64,000 nucleotides of DNA from Octopus sinensis (Eukaryota): assembly GCF_006345805.1 (NCBI RefSeq), contig NC_042999.1:117304001-117368000 (forward strand). Direction: 5' to 3'. The translations under genes and the position numbers were made by a program. The notes below the pieces were generated by a model, which saw only the letters and a program-made list of their open reading frames with translations, was not told the origin of the DNA and did no database searches. Shown piece after piece: positions 50,370-63,405 of this stretch (positions within the stretch are counted from its first letter, which is position 1; each line of letters begins with the position of its first letter).

Positions 50370-50870
50370 TGAATTTTCCTTCTGGACTATTTAAAACCAG
50401 GAAGACGTCATTACATAATAGCCACTTAGAAACATTTGAACAAAAACTATGAACTTCAATCAAAAACTTAAAATTTAAGAAACACCCACTGCGGAACAAC
50501 CACCACCAAAGGAAACTAACAAAATTAACCTATGAACTGAAAAATATAGAAGGCATTATACCCAAAACATAGCTAGTTATACATAAATAAATCCTAAACT
50601 ACAACTGTAACTTTTTGCTTTAATCTTCAATCACTGTATTTCAGATAAAAGAAACCTATATAACATAGATATTAATTTATATCATAAATTTATGTATAAA
50701 GAAGTTACAAAAAATATAAGATAGTTCCTAATAGTACCCTTAGACAGATTAACCCAGAGGCTAAAAAAGTTATGGAAAATTATAATATACATGATAAAAC
50801 AACATCATTAACACCTAGTAGACCACGGATTACAATTAAAGATCATAAGGAGAATTTTCATACAGATAGT
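50370..50870 (+). pseudogene. Penelope-like element RT N-terminal fragment, split by an ~80 bp insertion
   Basis: GLFKTRKT..LETFEQKL..IKNLKFKK; NIEGIIP|SDK.RNLYNIDINLYHKFMYKEVTKKYKIVP..RPRITIKDHKENF. Confidence 0.75.
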
Positions 50871-52479
50871 TAAGTTAAGTTAAGATTTTTCTTTGCGTTT
50901 TATTTAACTTCTTGAGAGAGTTCAAGCCCGTCGGTAATAAAGGGACCAGACTTTTTGAGTTAAGAGTGTTCACGTAAATATGTAAATATGTTGTCATGTT
51001 GCTGTGTTGGTTGAACTGTCGATACATACACCCAAGCCTGTGCATATATTCACATAAGAATCTCAGATGGAATTTTTTAGAATGTCTAATTTATCTTCAC
51101 TGAGCCACTGTGTGTGTGTCTGTGTATGTGTGTTAATGTATGTGTTTCACACAACACAGGTTTTTTTTACATGGTGTTGTGCAAAAATGGTAAGTTACCA
51201 TTTGAAGAAATTTAAATCAATAAAATATGTGCTAGACTGAAATAAGTATTACGGTTGATATCAACTAAAACCAGAAACTGAAGTCAATAAAAAGAATATA
51301 TCCATATATTCTTAACACTAGAAATTCGTCGTCCACGTAAAAATTTATTCCCACTGACACTTCAGTCATAGCCCCAGTTAGTCTTAATTACTAAATTATG
51401 TATTGTGGAGACAAGAAATATAATGTCCCCATTTACCAATAGATTTTGTATTCAATTTACTTGGTCTCTTTCTCACACACAGCAACAAATACAAGTGCAT
51501 TATTGATGAATATTTTTAATGGTAAGATAACAACGATGATAAAGATAATTATATTCATAATGAATATTCTCTTGGAATTTGTAATGATTGTTGAAAAAAT
51601 TCTATTATCTTGTGTAAATAACTTTTTTTATATATTAATCCTTAAAATTCACCAATATTTAAACAGCTGTTTAATTACAAACTAAACTACTATTAAACAC
51701 TATATTGGCTATAATTTTGAAAACAAAATAATCGAAAAAATAACAAAATGCTTCTTCTTACATTTTCTGAGTTAGAAGAAAATAGAAAAAAAAAATATCA
51801 AGCTTTTACTTTTTCGGCATTTTTTTCTTGTTTGATGGGGAAAGGGGAAATTTATAATTTCTCTAATGATTTCATTACAGCTGAAAATTATTTTAAGCAA
51901 ACAAACTAACATCACGCTCCTGAAAAATTTAAATTGATATAGAAGAAAAAAAGGAATAATTATCAGGAATTACCTGAAGAAGTATTTTGAATTATCTGAA
52001 TCAACTAATATTCATTCCAACACGTTTTCTCGATCGCATTTGAAAATTTCGTGGAATATTCTGATTTTTCTCCTTAATTCTCAATTAAAACTAACTTCAC
52101 CTCTGCCCGTTTGCTCCTGCTATCTTCATTCACCCGATATTTATAAACATTACCACTACCCAAAATAAAGCTTGTTATACATGAATAAATCCTAAACTAC
52201 AACTGTAACTCTTTGCTTTAATCTCCAATCACTGTATTTCAATTATTTCTTGAGCCTGGTGGACCTTGACTTACACTTTCTTCATATTCTAGAATTAAAA
52301 GGAGCCCGTAACCACCAGAAAAGCCGGATATCCATGTTTGTTCTATTAGACTCAATTACAGTGACATCTACTCTTAATTCCTTCGAAAACAAGGGTTTGG
52401 CATTAGCTGATACCAAAACACGATTTTCTGAAGTGTAAAAATGCTTTTAATAATAATAATAATGATTATAAATGGTTTC

Positions 52480-52930
52480 AAATTTTGGCTCAAGGTCAGC
52501 AGTTTTAAGGGGAAAAGTGTTAGTCGATTACACTGAGCCAGTACATGTTGGATATTATATTTTATCGGCCTCAATACGATGGCCAAGTTGACTCGGTAGG
52601 ATTTGAATTCAGAACGTAAGGGTGTAAAGCATCGAAACAACTACTGCAAGGCATTTTGTTCGACGACTTAACCATTTAACCAATCTTCTTCTCTAACAAC
52701 AGCAGCAACAACAACAAACCTTTCAACTATAAACACAGGGCCTGAAATCTTGGATGAGGAATAGAGTCAATTACATCAACCCCAGTGTTCAACTTGTACT
52801 TATTTTATTGACTCTGAGAGAATGAAAGGCAAAGTCAACCTCGGTGGAATTTGAGCTCAAAAGGGAAAGACCAATGAAATGCCGCCAAGTATTTTGTCCA
52901 GCACGGTATCGATTCTGTCAGCTCGCCGCT
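52480..52930 (-). mobile_element. Two tandem SINE family A copies
   Basis: Two ...TTTTAT(C/T)G...GGC.AAGT..AC.TCGGT.G.ATTTGA blocks ending GCTCGCCGC. Confidence 0.8.
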
Positions 52931-52933
52931 TTA

Positions 52934-52967
<34 letters not shown>

Positions 52968-52974
52968 TATTATT

Positions 52975-53008
<34 letters not shown>

Positions 53009-53041
53009 CTAATAATAATAATGATGATGATGATGATGATG

Positions 53042-53090
<49 letters not shown>

Positions 53091-53124
53091 TGATGATGAT
53101 AATATAATAATAATAATAATAATA

Positions 53125-53160
<36 letters not shown>
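52934..53160. repeat. Compound (AAT)n/(GAT)n microsatellite
   Basis: Direct reading; source of the poly-N, poly-D and poly-I ORFs. Confidence 0.95.
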
Positions 53161-53161
<1 letters not shown>

Positions 53162-54757
53162 TTTTTTATTTGCCCCTTAAGTATCAATGAAAAGGATATT
53201 ACTCGGGCAGTTAATCATTATGTGGTGGTTTACATACAAAAGGTTAGGGGAAGAAAGGGAAATGAGATAAAGAGCATGCATAGTTATACAAAATATGTGA
53301 ACACAAGAATAATGCAGTCCTCCTGGTACAAGAGAGCCTCCAAACAGAGTCAATCAAGGAACACTCTGACCACCGAACACACAAGCCCTCTCAGTTTTTT
53401 GTTCTCTATTCTACTGGCATATTTTGGAGTAGTTTCACAAGAAGCAAAAGAGCAGACTCTCCAGCAAGGCCAGACGAAAACTGGTGCATGTTCGGTAGTC
53501 AGGTCATGTTGATTAACGGGTGCAGTTCATGCATTCGCCACCTCAGTCCAACCACTCGGGTGTAGCTTCCTGTGAGCCTAATTTTGAGTAAGTTTGGTTA
53601 CCGTGCGCGTAACTGACGATAACAAACGGGCGATAAGTTTGAGTACACTGAAATTATAACAAATATACCAAAACCTATTGACGTGGCCTATTATAATACT
53701 TTATTAAAACCCAGTGACACGATATGACTTAATAGTTTACTGAGAAAAATGACGACATATAACATTTGCAAAATCTGGGAAGCATTTTACTTTGACGTCA
53801 ACTGTTAAGTTTTGTTACGAACAAAATTCGCTGCAAGTTAAAAGATGATTTTGATTTTATAAACAACTTATTTTATGAAACATTTATTATAAGCGTTGAT
53901 TAATCCCACTGGCTTTCCTAATTTAAATCAATATGTCACATTAACAAATGTAGCACCTATTTTGACTTGAAATTTTTAATTCTCAGTAACAAGATGTTTA
54001 TTTACCCTTCACTTCCATTGTAGCTACATCGAGTTCTGTTTTCAGATATACTTAAACATTTTTGCATAAGATACACTAACAGAGCACACAAGTAATATAA
54101 TATTGAAATAATTCAGGAAAAATGAATGGTAAATTTACAAGAATGCTTGTCAAAATTTGTAAGAGTATCTGAAGGAAAAACCACTATTTCCTTGGTTGTT
54201 TGAGGATAGCAATATATTTGACTGACTTTGACGTAGCATATTAATTTCCTTTGTGTGAAAGGAGAGGAACTAATGTATGGTGACTTTAACGTATTTCCTG
54301 AGAACGGTGTTACTGATATAAATTCACTTCAGATGGCATTAAAAACATGTGAACAATGCTTATCTTACAGAACTCTACGGGTTTAATGGTCTTGTATTAA
54401 TGGCGCGTTTGCAATTTAGTAAAGTATTTATTACGCCTCCAAATTTGCATTTGCGACCTACTTCATGTATGCTTCGCCAACCTTATGAATTGTTTCATAT
54501 TTTGCGATCGAAGTTTGTGATAGGTTAATTGCTATTCTTGCGCGGTCTTATGTCACTCAGTTTCCATGTCTACTGCAGCCAAATTAGACGATCAAATATC
54601 GGCTGTAGTTCAGTAAGGTCTTCAGAAAATTCCTACTGTGTGGAGGGTGCTTCCATCCATTTAAATACTTAGACTTCTTAATGGTTGAAATTTTCTTTGA
54701 CTGATTTATGGAAGTGCCTTCTTGATTTTACTCTAAAGGCAGCAAGTAATGTGACGG

Positions 54758-55003
54758 TTATTTTTTTGAAGAGTGTGATAGAATTTGTGTTTTTAATACG
54801 ATGATACTGCTTTTATGCGGTCACCTTTCAGTAGAAATGAGGAAGGGCATTTTTTATCGATAACCGGATTAATCATGTTATTTGTTTTTGAGGAGTGTGA
54901 TAGAATTTGTGTTTTTAATACGATGATACTGTTTTTATGCGGTCACCTTTCAGTAGAAATGAGGAAGGGCATTTTTTTAATCGATAACTGGATTAATCAT
55001 GTT
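54758..55003. repeat. Two-copy tandem duplication, 120 bp period, high identity
   Basis: GAGTGTGATAGAATTTGTGTTTTTAATACGATGATACTG(C/T)TTTTATGCGGTCACCTTTCAGTAGAAATGAGGAAGGGCA occurs twice. Confidence 0.95.
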
Positions 55004-57780
55004 GATTTACTGGCAACAAATATAATTACATCATTTCATTTAGGTGGGCATCAATTTATATTTGTTTGAAAACTACGCATCCAGCCTGGACACATTATTT
55101 ATTCACACTGCAGCACGAGGTCAGTGCAGATGTTGTAAGCAGAATTTAAGGTGATCTCTAGGACGTTCCAGTAAACATATTGATAAGTGAGTTTATCTTT
55201 TAAATTTTGTGCAGCGTTTCTAAATGTCTGAATGTTAAGCCTCTATTAGGAACAAGTCTGAGGTACTCAAGATGTTCTTCTGAAGGAAGTACTTTGTGGT
55301 CCCTTTTCGGTTACTATCGCAAACAGCAGTAGATTTCTTCAACCAAATACACGTCGTTGATTGGTTGAAATTACCCAAATACGACAACTTTAACACAAAA
55401 TAACTTCTAAAATAAGAAATTTTGTCAAAAACGTTCAGAGTAAACCGTGTTCTACGTAAGAATTCGAAGTTTCAAACTGTTTAGTTAAAAAAAAAATAAT
55501 TGAAAAGTCTGTGATTGAGATGGAATAGATCCGAGAACATCTGACGCTCTAAATACAAAATGGTAATCAGTAGTGAATTAATATGGAAAGGAAAGTAACC
55601 AATAATATAGTAAGAGATACAAAAAATAAAACAATATGAAAAGAAATCCAAAGACCAGACGGATAAATTCTATGTCAACTTCCTCTTTGAAATACTTGTC
55701 CATAAACTGCAGCACTCCCACCAAAACATCAGATACATTGAATATGCATCGTGTAAATTCGGTGAAAAACCATACAAAAAAACATTACCTGATGTCAATG
55801 AGTTTGGATTTTATATAAATCATACATGTTAGAAAGAGAAAACCTGTAATAGAAACTGATGTATATCTGTCTCAAATTTCTTTCCAGCAAGAATCATTTA
55901 AATCTTAGAGTATATGCCATCGTTTACACTTACATGATACGATACTTTACTTTTTCCGTCAATTATACTTTGTATTATGCTTTAACTTTTATATAACATC
56001 CAATAAGTGACAAAAATTCTGTATGTTTTGAACGTCAAAAATGATGTATCAATTTTAAATCTATTATTGTCCTTATTAAGTACCTTATATAATAATACAA
56101 GAATGATACGCTATCTCCTTTCTAAAATTCCATGCAAGAGAGTGAGGATCAATCATTAGTTTGATAATGAGACATTTAGAGAAAAAGTGCTCAGTTAGCT
56201 GCATTCATTTCCCTTTAAACAAATAAAATCGATTTTGTAAATTTCTTGCTTTATATTGTTCTATTTCAAAGAAGAGAACAAGTTAGCATTTAAAGATATA
56301 ATTTCTTCTATAATTTAGGCCATTTTATTGCAGATTCTTTTCAGATATAGTTCCGTCTACTTATATTCTATAAAGTGCTTTTCGTGGCACTATTTTTATT
56401 GCGGTGAAAATGGGCAAATCTGAAAGTATTTGATATGGTCTTGAATCTAAATTTAGAGTTTAAGAACTAATCAATTCTCTCAGCATTATCTTGGTAGAAT
56501 TTGGGTCATAGTTTAACTAAAGAAAATTACACACATGCGCGCATACACATGTGCACGCACTCAGGTATTAAAATTCTGTCATTCAGATTATTTAAAGAAA
56601 TTATTACACGCCACCGGAGAAATTAAGTAGTTGAATATACGGACATTATCTATTTCGATTTTACGAGTGTTTGTGGTGATTTTTAATGTCAATAAGGTCA
56701 AAGTCATTAATATATTACACTAAAAGATCACGTTAGATAAAATAACGAATGCAACTGAAAATTCTATTCCTGGCTTTTCAGGATTGAAGGACGTCAGAAT
56801 TTATTTGAAGCGTTAATATTTTCTTACTCATGTTTGTATACATGTTTTGGTTATTCTGGCAAGTAAGGATATTGTCTATATTTTTTTCCGGATCTTCATG
56901 GAGTTGGAAATATGGATATAAGTATATTAGTATGAGCTTGATGCCATTAATTTTCAGTATGTTTTTAACCGCAGGTCCATTCTAACAGGACAGAGCAATG
57001 ATCAAAGTCTTTCAAAACGGGATCGTTCGTTCTTTTTTCAGGCATAGGACCACCTTCTTTTATTAAAAAAAAAAACTGTATGATTTGTTGTTGCTGATGT
57101 TGGACACTTGAGCTACTGAAAAATGTTTATTTTAGTTACAATGGGTGTCATCTTGAACCTGAGTGACAATAAGTCTCCCCAAATCTCAAAAATCGTGCAG
57201 AACATGCGAATACATAACGCGTATCTCAATGCCAGTATTCTGCAACGTCTTCGGTAGCAGTTTGGGTGTTGTGCCAACTGCACAAAATTACCACAGGAGC
57301 AATTGCCATCGTTATCTTCCACAATCTCTTCCTCAATCTAGCTAGACCTTGAAAGTTAATTGTTTCAAGCCCAATTTCTCAATTTCTTAGAGCACCACAC
57401 TTATATAATATGGTATTGCATGGTTTATGCTCTTATACTGTCGTCTTGTTTCTATCATCAACAATCATACCTGACCTTTTAGTTTCTATAGTATACTCAA
57501 TCTTTTTGGAGAAATCCCATAAAGTTCCGTAATTATCATTCACCATTACAGCCTCTGGTTCATGTTCACTCCACTTTTCTGTCACCTTGAAGCCATACAC
57601 TCGGCTAACATCTTAATGCACTGTTTTAGCAACACAGACATGCCTGCACTTATGTTCTTTTTGTGGTAGCTTATAATATATTAATCCTCCTCCTACTCCT
57701 ACTCCTCCTTATCATCATCATCATCATCATCATCATCATTATCATCAATTTTAATTTTATCATTATTATTATTATTATTT

Positions 57781-58148
57781 CTTCGTAACACAGTGTATGT
57801 AAAACTGCGCCGGAGTCTTTTGTCATCTAACAAGTCAGATAATACTTTCCTTAAGATGTGCGCTGTGCCCTATAAGGTTGCTTTTTGCAAGACATCAATC
57901 TTGCATGGGATTTCCAGTTGCCTGAAGAAGTTTTGAAATTTCAATGGGATTAAGCCTAACGCTCCGATCATCACTGGTACCACTTTTACATTACCCTCTC
58001 GCATTCCATACAGTCTTGCCATTTCCACTTTCAATTTGGTGTAATTGGTAATTATTCTACCTCTTTACTCACAACATTGATGTCATTTGGTATGGCTACA
58101 TCAATGATCTGACAATATTTGTTTCTCTTATACAACATGACAATATCG
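57781..58148 (-). mobile_element. R4/Dong-type LINE 3' fragment (REL endonuclease) with (AAT)n/(GAT)n tail
   Basis: DIVMLYKRNKYCQIIDVAIPNDINV..KVEMARLYGM..VKVVPVMIGALG..LQKATL*GTAHILRKVL. Confidence 0.85.
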
Positions 58149-58699
58149 TGAAACAATCACGCGCTCCATTTTTACTCAGTGTTTTTATGAGTTCTAGAGA
58201 AGAACATAACTTTTATTTTTTAGTTTATTTTACACTAAGACCTCTATTCAACATTTTGAAAGGTCTATACCTTACTATGGTGAGACAGCAAGATCTGTTT
58301 AAAACAAATCCTTATTTTATTCCACCGTGTATCACTAGAGCTTAAACAGCTTCTTGCTTAGGTTCCGACGCTTAGAAAATTAAAGTAAATAAAACAAATG
58401 AACCACCAAACAAATAAAAACGAATTGTAAAAAATATACCAGTGAACCATCAAACGGCAGAAAATGAAAACTAACAACATGCAACTGAAAAATACGACAG
58501 AATAAACAACACGTTTGATTACAACATCTGTATACATGCACTTACCGAAACAGACATAAATATGAATAAAGAAAAACTGAGGCGATTTTTCTTCTTCCTA
58601 TATTCACTGTGTTTTTATCACAACACATCCATAAAAATTTTTATCTTAGGGTGAATCCCGCCGAAGCTGGTCTATTAACACTATCATACATTAAATATG

Positions 58700-59150
58700 A
58701 AATATAGGTGGCTCTCTATAATACATCCGTGCATCATCTCCGCCCAGTATTTCTGGAAGGGTCATGCAGCTCCTCCATAGGGTTCAAGATAAAAACAACA
58801 GTCAAATTTTTCGGCTGGATTCTCAAGCGTGACTAACAGAAATTATAGATATTAGCCAACCATCTCGTTCTTTGTATATTCCTAGAACTTCTGTCAGTTG
58901 GTTCGATTGAAGAATATGTTTTGCGATTCTTTCCTCCCACATTCTAATTAGATGTACGCAGCACCGGAGCTGTGACCTCTGAATACTGAGTAGTTGCGGC
59001 TCAACTTGGAGAGACTGCCTGATCTCCACGCTACGCAACCTGTCGAGAAGCATTATTTCAGAGATCCTTCGGAGGAACCCCATTTCGGCCGCTTCTACTC
59101 GCGATCGTAATGTTTCGGTCATTACCAAGCTTTCATGATGATAGATGAAG
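58700..59150 (-). mobile_element. RTE-clade LINE RT C-terminal fragment
   Basis: HESLVMTETLRSRVEAAEMGFLRRISEIMLLDRLRSVEIRQSLQVEPQLLSIQRSQLR..HLIRM.EERIAKHIL. Confidence 0.9.
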
Positions 59151-59233
59151 ATAGACACAAAAACGAAGTGAAGATAGTGAATTTGGCTTTTTTACCAACT
59201 TCTCTTTTTTTGTTTGAGGATAGAATGCTGGAA

Positions 59234-59715
59234 CTCAGAGTGGCCAGTGATATGTAAGTACAAGACATTCATAATACAATAATACAATTATATAAGACAC
59301 CATACAACATAAAACTCTCGATTTATTAAAATTATCTCCACTTCTAGAGGATTTGTCACAATAATCAAATAGCAATTGAGAACAGCTCCATATGGAAAGT
59401 GGGTATAATATCAAGTATCAAGAATACTCCAAAGTTGATATGCCATTAATGAAAAGGACAGACTCATTGTCAGGAGGTAAGAGGACAGTCAGCATGACAA
59501 TTGTTCTAACTTGTCTCGAGTAGAAATATTTAAAAATAGCAGGACACAATAATGACGTAAGTAATTTACATAAATTAAACAAAAGGGAGCTAAGAGAAAT
59601 ATCTCAGAGTGGCCAGTGGCATATGAACAACATAGACAAATAGAGGTACACCAAATACCATACAACACAAATTCTTGATTTTTTAAAATTATTTCCACCC
59701 CTGAAGTTGTGTTTA
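59234..59715. repeat. Diverged direct repeat pair, ~369 bp period
   Basis: CTCAGAGTGGCCAGTG at 59234 and 59603, each followed by ACCATACAACA.AAA.TCT.GATTT.TTAAAATTAT.TCCAC. Confidence 0.75.
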
Positions 59716-61294
59716 CAAGATATATAGGCACAAACTTACAAACACAGAATAATATATAGTATTTTTCTATCAGTTCAAACATTGTTAGTGTAAATTTTCA
59801 TTGCTCATACCTGAATAAATATACAAAAATAGATTTCAATAATACTGCTTTATTTACGTTCACCTAGTTGAACCCTATTTTCTTTCAAATATTCTCCTCT
59901 TTTTATGCAAAACTACATCATGTATACAGTTATGGTTTTTCGCAGCAAAACCAACCATAGCTCTGTGTACTTATAATGAATATATTTTGATTATATTCAT
60001 AAAGCTTTGCTAATAATATATTATGTATGACATGAGTGCCTCCTTATTTGTGTGCGAAGTTCCTCAGATAAGTCTATTTTATTCTTTCTCTCTTTTTCGT
60101 TTTAAAATTCCAGTTCATCAATCATTATGCTTACTGCCCTGGGTTTAATCACTTCTTTAAAAAGAAGTGTCATATTTAGAATCCAGGGAATGATAAATAT
60201 TTGTCTTTTTGGATCTGTTTAAAACTAACTTACGTATTTTGTTTTGATGTCATGATAGGATAATGATGACAGTTTAAAATCTCTTTCATTTTAACGTCGT
60301 AATACAAAGATGTTATCAAAATATAAGTGGGAGAGGTGAAGGCTGGAAAAGTCGAGAAGAAAAGAAAGCAAGTTAAAATTGACAGAAAGTAAGATAAATA
60401 TAGAAATCAAATTGTAAACGACATGTAAAACATTATTTCATGTGTGTATTTTTGATAAAAGTGAAGTTGTTTTGAATATTAAACAATTTGTTCTAGGAAA
60501 GAATTTTGTTTTGTAATAGAACAAAATAAAGTCTTCAGATGATAGAGTGGGTTGGCAGTTATTTTAAAACATTAGCTCAACTTTGAAAATTATGTTAAAG
60601 CAATAAAGTATTATCCTCAAACGACAACGCCACTTATGAGTGGACAATTTTCTAGCTATCAAGAATTAATGACATCGCCTGAACCTCCTGTGAAGTATTG
60701 TAGCGAATATCGGCTTTGATCTTTTCGATAACCTGCGATCGTCTGACAAGAGATGAGAACTGGAGTAGAAATCACTTTGTTGAAATGCTATTAATACGAT
60801 CGCCACATTAACTGGCTATCTACTTTCTGCTATGGTATAATATAAAAAATTACTTAGATAAATATCAAACACTGAATTAGTTATCTTCCTTACTGAGCCT
60901 TCTATATTACGGTTCGTCTTCCATAATAAACTATGTAGCATAAAATTAGATTATAATATTGTACAATTAAAACAGCTGTATTCGTGTACAAGAAGTTCTG
61001 TATTCATTCCATTAATTTTCCAAATCATCCATTTAGATCTCGAATGAAAATATTAGGAAAACAGTGATATAACTAATATTAATAAAAATATTCATGGTGA
61101 TATTGACAGTGATTACAATGATGCTACAAAATCCTCGTGGCAATTCTTCTGGCCTGTTCTGAGTTTAAATCTTGCCGAGGTTAATAATTTAAGTTTGCCT
61201 TTCATCATGCAGTTGTTGATAAAATAAAGTACTCCTCAAGAACTCAGATCAATGATATCATGTAATAATAAACCGTTGTTTTTAACGTTAGGAT

Positions 61295-61485
61295 GGGGAG
61301 CTGGCAAAATTAAAGTTAGAGCACCGGGCAAAATGCTTAGCGGCATTTTGCCTGTCTTCATGTTCTGAGGTCAAATTTGCTCTTCATCCTTCGGGGCCGA
61401 TATAATAAGTACCAGATTAGTACTGGGGTCGCTGCAAACGATTTACACCATCATAAAAATTGCTGTCCTTGTGCCAAAATTTGAA

Positions 61486-61486
<1 letters not shown>
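61295..61486 (+). mobile_element. SINE family A
   Basis: GGGGAGCTGGCAAAATT..GGGCAAAATGCTTAGCGGCATTT..GTGCCAAAATTTGAAA. Confidence 0.8.
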
Positions 61487-61550
<64 letters not shown>

Positions 61551-61572
61551 CATCATTATTATTATTATTATT

Positions 61573-62477
61573 TCATTGTCTCTGCACAGCTTCTAACGCT
61601 GGAGATTTACTACGGTGTCAGCTGTTCACTACCAGTGAACTAAGGTAACACCCCCTATTTTTCGAGCACCATCCGGAGTATTCGATCAGTTCCAAGCAGT
61701 GCTGTTTTCTGCAAGTGCTCCATCCTTATTGTAGCCCGTATTTATTCCATGTACTTCTCAAGACTTTTACTCACTGTTCCCAGGGCAATTATTGGTACTA
61801 TTATCGCCTTTTCAGCGACCACAACTGCTTCACCTCCCAAGCTAACCTGTCATACCTCTCGACTTTTCTTTCTTCCTTATCGCATACCTTGTTGTCAGTT
61901 GCGCTTGCTATATCTATGATCTAGCATCGTTTGCTTTCTTTTTCAATTAACACTATGTCTGGTTTCCTATTCTCTATCTCATAGTCACACTGAATCATAA
62001 AATCATAGGATCTTTGCATTATCATTTTCGATGTTACCTTCGGGTTTATGTTCGTACCACTTTTTTCCTCTGCCAAGTTCATACTGGTTGCAAAGTGTCC
62101 AATGGACAATTCTCGCTATGTTATCATGATGTCTCTTATGTTCTTTCTGGGCTAGTGGCGTACATTGACTGGTAATATGCGATACGGTTTCACAATTTTG
62201 TCCACAAATTCTGCTCTTATCACTTTCTGATGTGTTGTGTACTCTGTATTTGATGTAATTGGTTCTTAATGCTTGCTCTTGGGCAGCACAGATTAGTCTC
62301 CGTTTCCGGTTTTAAATCAGTTTTAGTAATCCATAGCCATCATTTTTCTCCGTCTGTCTTATCTTCAACATCCCTATGAAATTGTCCATGAATTCTTTTC
62401 TTTATCCATCTACTTTCAATTTCATTCATTCGCATGTGCTTGTACAGTGCTTTATCTTTGCAATCTTCCATCCTACA

Positions 62478-62478
<1 letters not shown>
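61573..62478 (-). mobile_element. 5'-truncated R4/Dong-type LINE bounded by (TAA)n on both sides
   Basis: KRIHGQFHRDVEDKTDGEK..WLWITKTDLKPETE..RHDNIARIV..YDFMIQCDYEIENRKPDIVLIEKESKRC.IIDIA..KVERYDRLAWEV..LQKTALLGT.RILR; (ATT)n at 61487-61572 and 62479-62534. Confidence 0.9.
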
Positions 62479-62528
<50 letters not shown>

Positions 62529-62534
62529 CATTAT

Positions 62535-63022
62535 CGAGTGAGAGTGCAGCGCATAGCATCTAAGAGACACTGGGGTACAAATATAGGAGGCCCAATATAC
62601 CCATCATGGCTACCCATCTGATAAGGGTACACCAGGTACATGCATCACAATCATATGTGCGCGACATAGGAATTTTATATCACGATAAACAGAGCATGAC
62701 CTTGTAGGAGAGGTCCAGTTAAAATTTTCTTCAGCTAGAGTAGCCCATCCCACTTAAAAGATCTTTGAGTTAGGGTTGTTTAGGGATGAATGAAACACCC
62801 ATGTTTCCAAAGGGGAATTATTCAAACCCGAAAGAATTCCTCTCAACACATGGCTACAATGCTCCCCCACTACTTTTGCTCGCGATGCACATATCGTCAT
62901 CCACTAAGGGACATGATCAACTGGTTAAAGTCAAGCAACTGACAAACTAATCTGTGATATTGAGCAGAAGATATGTTACCAAGACAAAACATGTACATGA
63001 ATATACTTCCAATCAGTTAAGA
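62535..63022 (-). mobile_element. Non-coding octopus retroelement 3' segment ending in (AAT)n
   Basis: Recognisable repeat GATAAGGGTACACCAGG.ACATGCATCACAA..GTCATCCACTAAGGGACATG; family assignment uncertain. Confidence 0.55.
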
Positions 63023-63024
63023 TG

Positions 63025-63405
63025 AGCGGGACCTATCACGAGTCCCCTTCTAGTCCACAGCTGTTGCGTCGAATGAGATTAAATCCCTGCTAGGATGATT
63101 TGGCGGGAGACAGAGGTCATGTTTGTACCAGCGCATACGACGAATAGTTATCCGGTGGAAGGTTGCGGGCTAATGCAAACATAGCTCTTTGTTGGAAATG
63201 TAATGGTACCACCTGATATTCTCGATAGTTCTCAGAGCTTTGCTATCGAAGCCGTCGATCCTTTTTGCCAGGTCTCCGAGAGAGACCACGTTTCTGCCCC
63301 ACAAAGGAAACGGCAGAGAGTCGATGCGTTGTAGATGCGGAGCTTCGTCTTCCGGGAGATAGAGCAGTGGTGCCAGAGGGGCTTTCTTATGACCCCGGCG
63401 GTTAG
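63025..63405 (-). mobile_element. RTE-clade LINE RT C-terminal fragment
   Basis: KPLWHHCSISRKTKLRIYNASTL..LCGAETWSLSET; DGFDSKALRTIENIRWYH; RRMRWY.H.LCLPPNHP. Confidence 0.88.

Noticed and set aside
52844-53190. Poly-Asn/Asp/Ile ORFs
   Set aside because: Trinucleotide microsatellite read-through.
57113-57345. Cys-containing ORFs on both strands
   Set aside because: No domain pattern or splice signals that I can support.
59489-59782. Hydrophobic 97 aa ORF resembling a membrane protein
   Set aside because: It overlaps a dispersed non-coding repeat; hydrophobicity reflects the T-rich strand, and the candidate upstream acceptor leads to stops in all frames.
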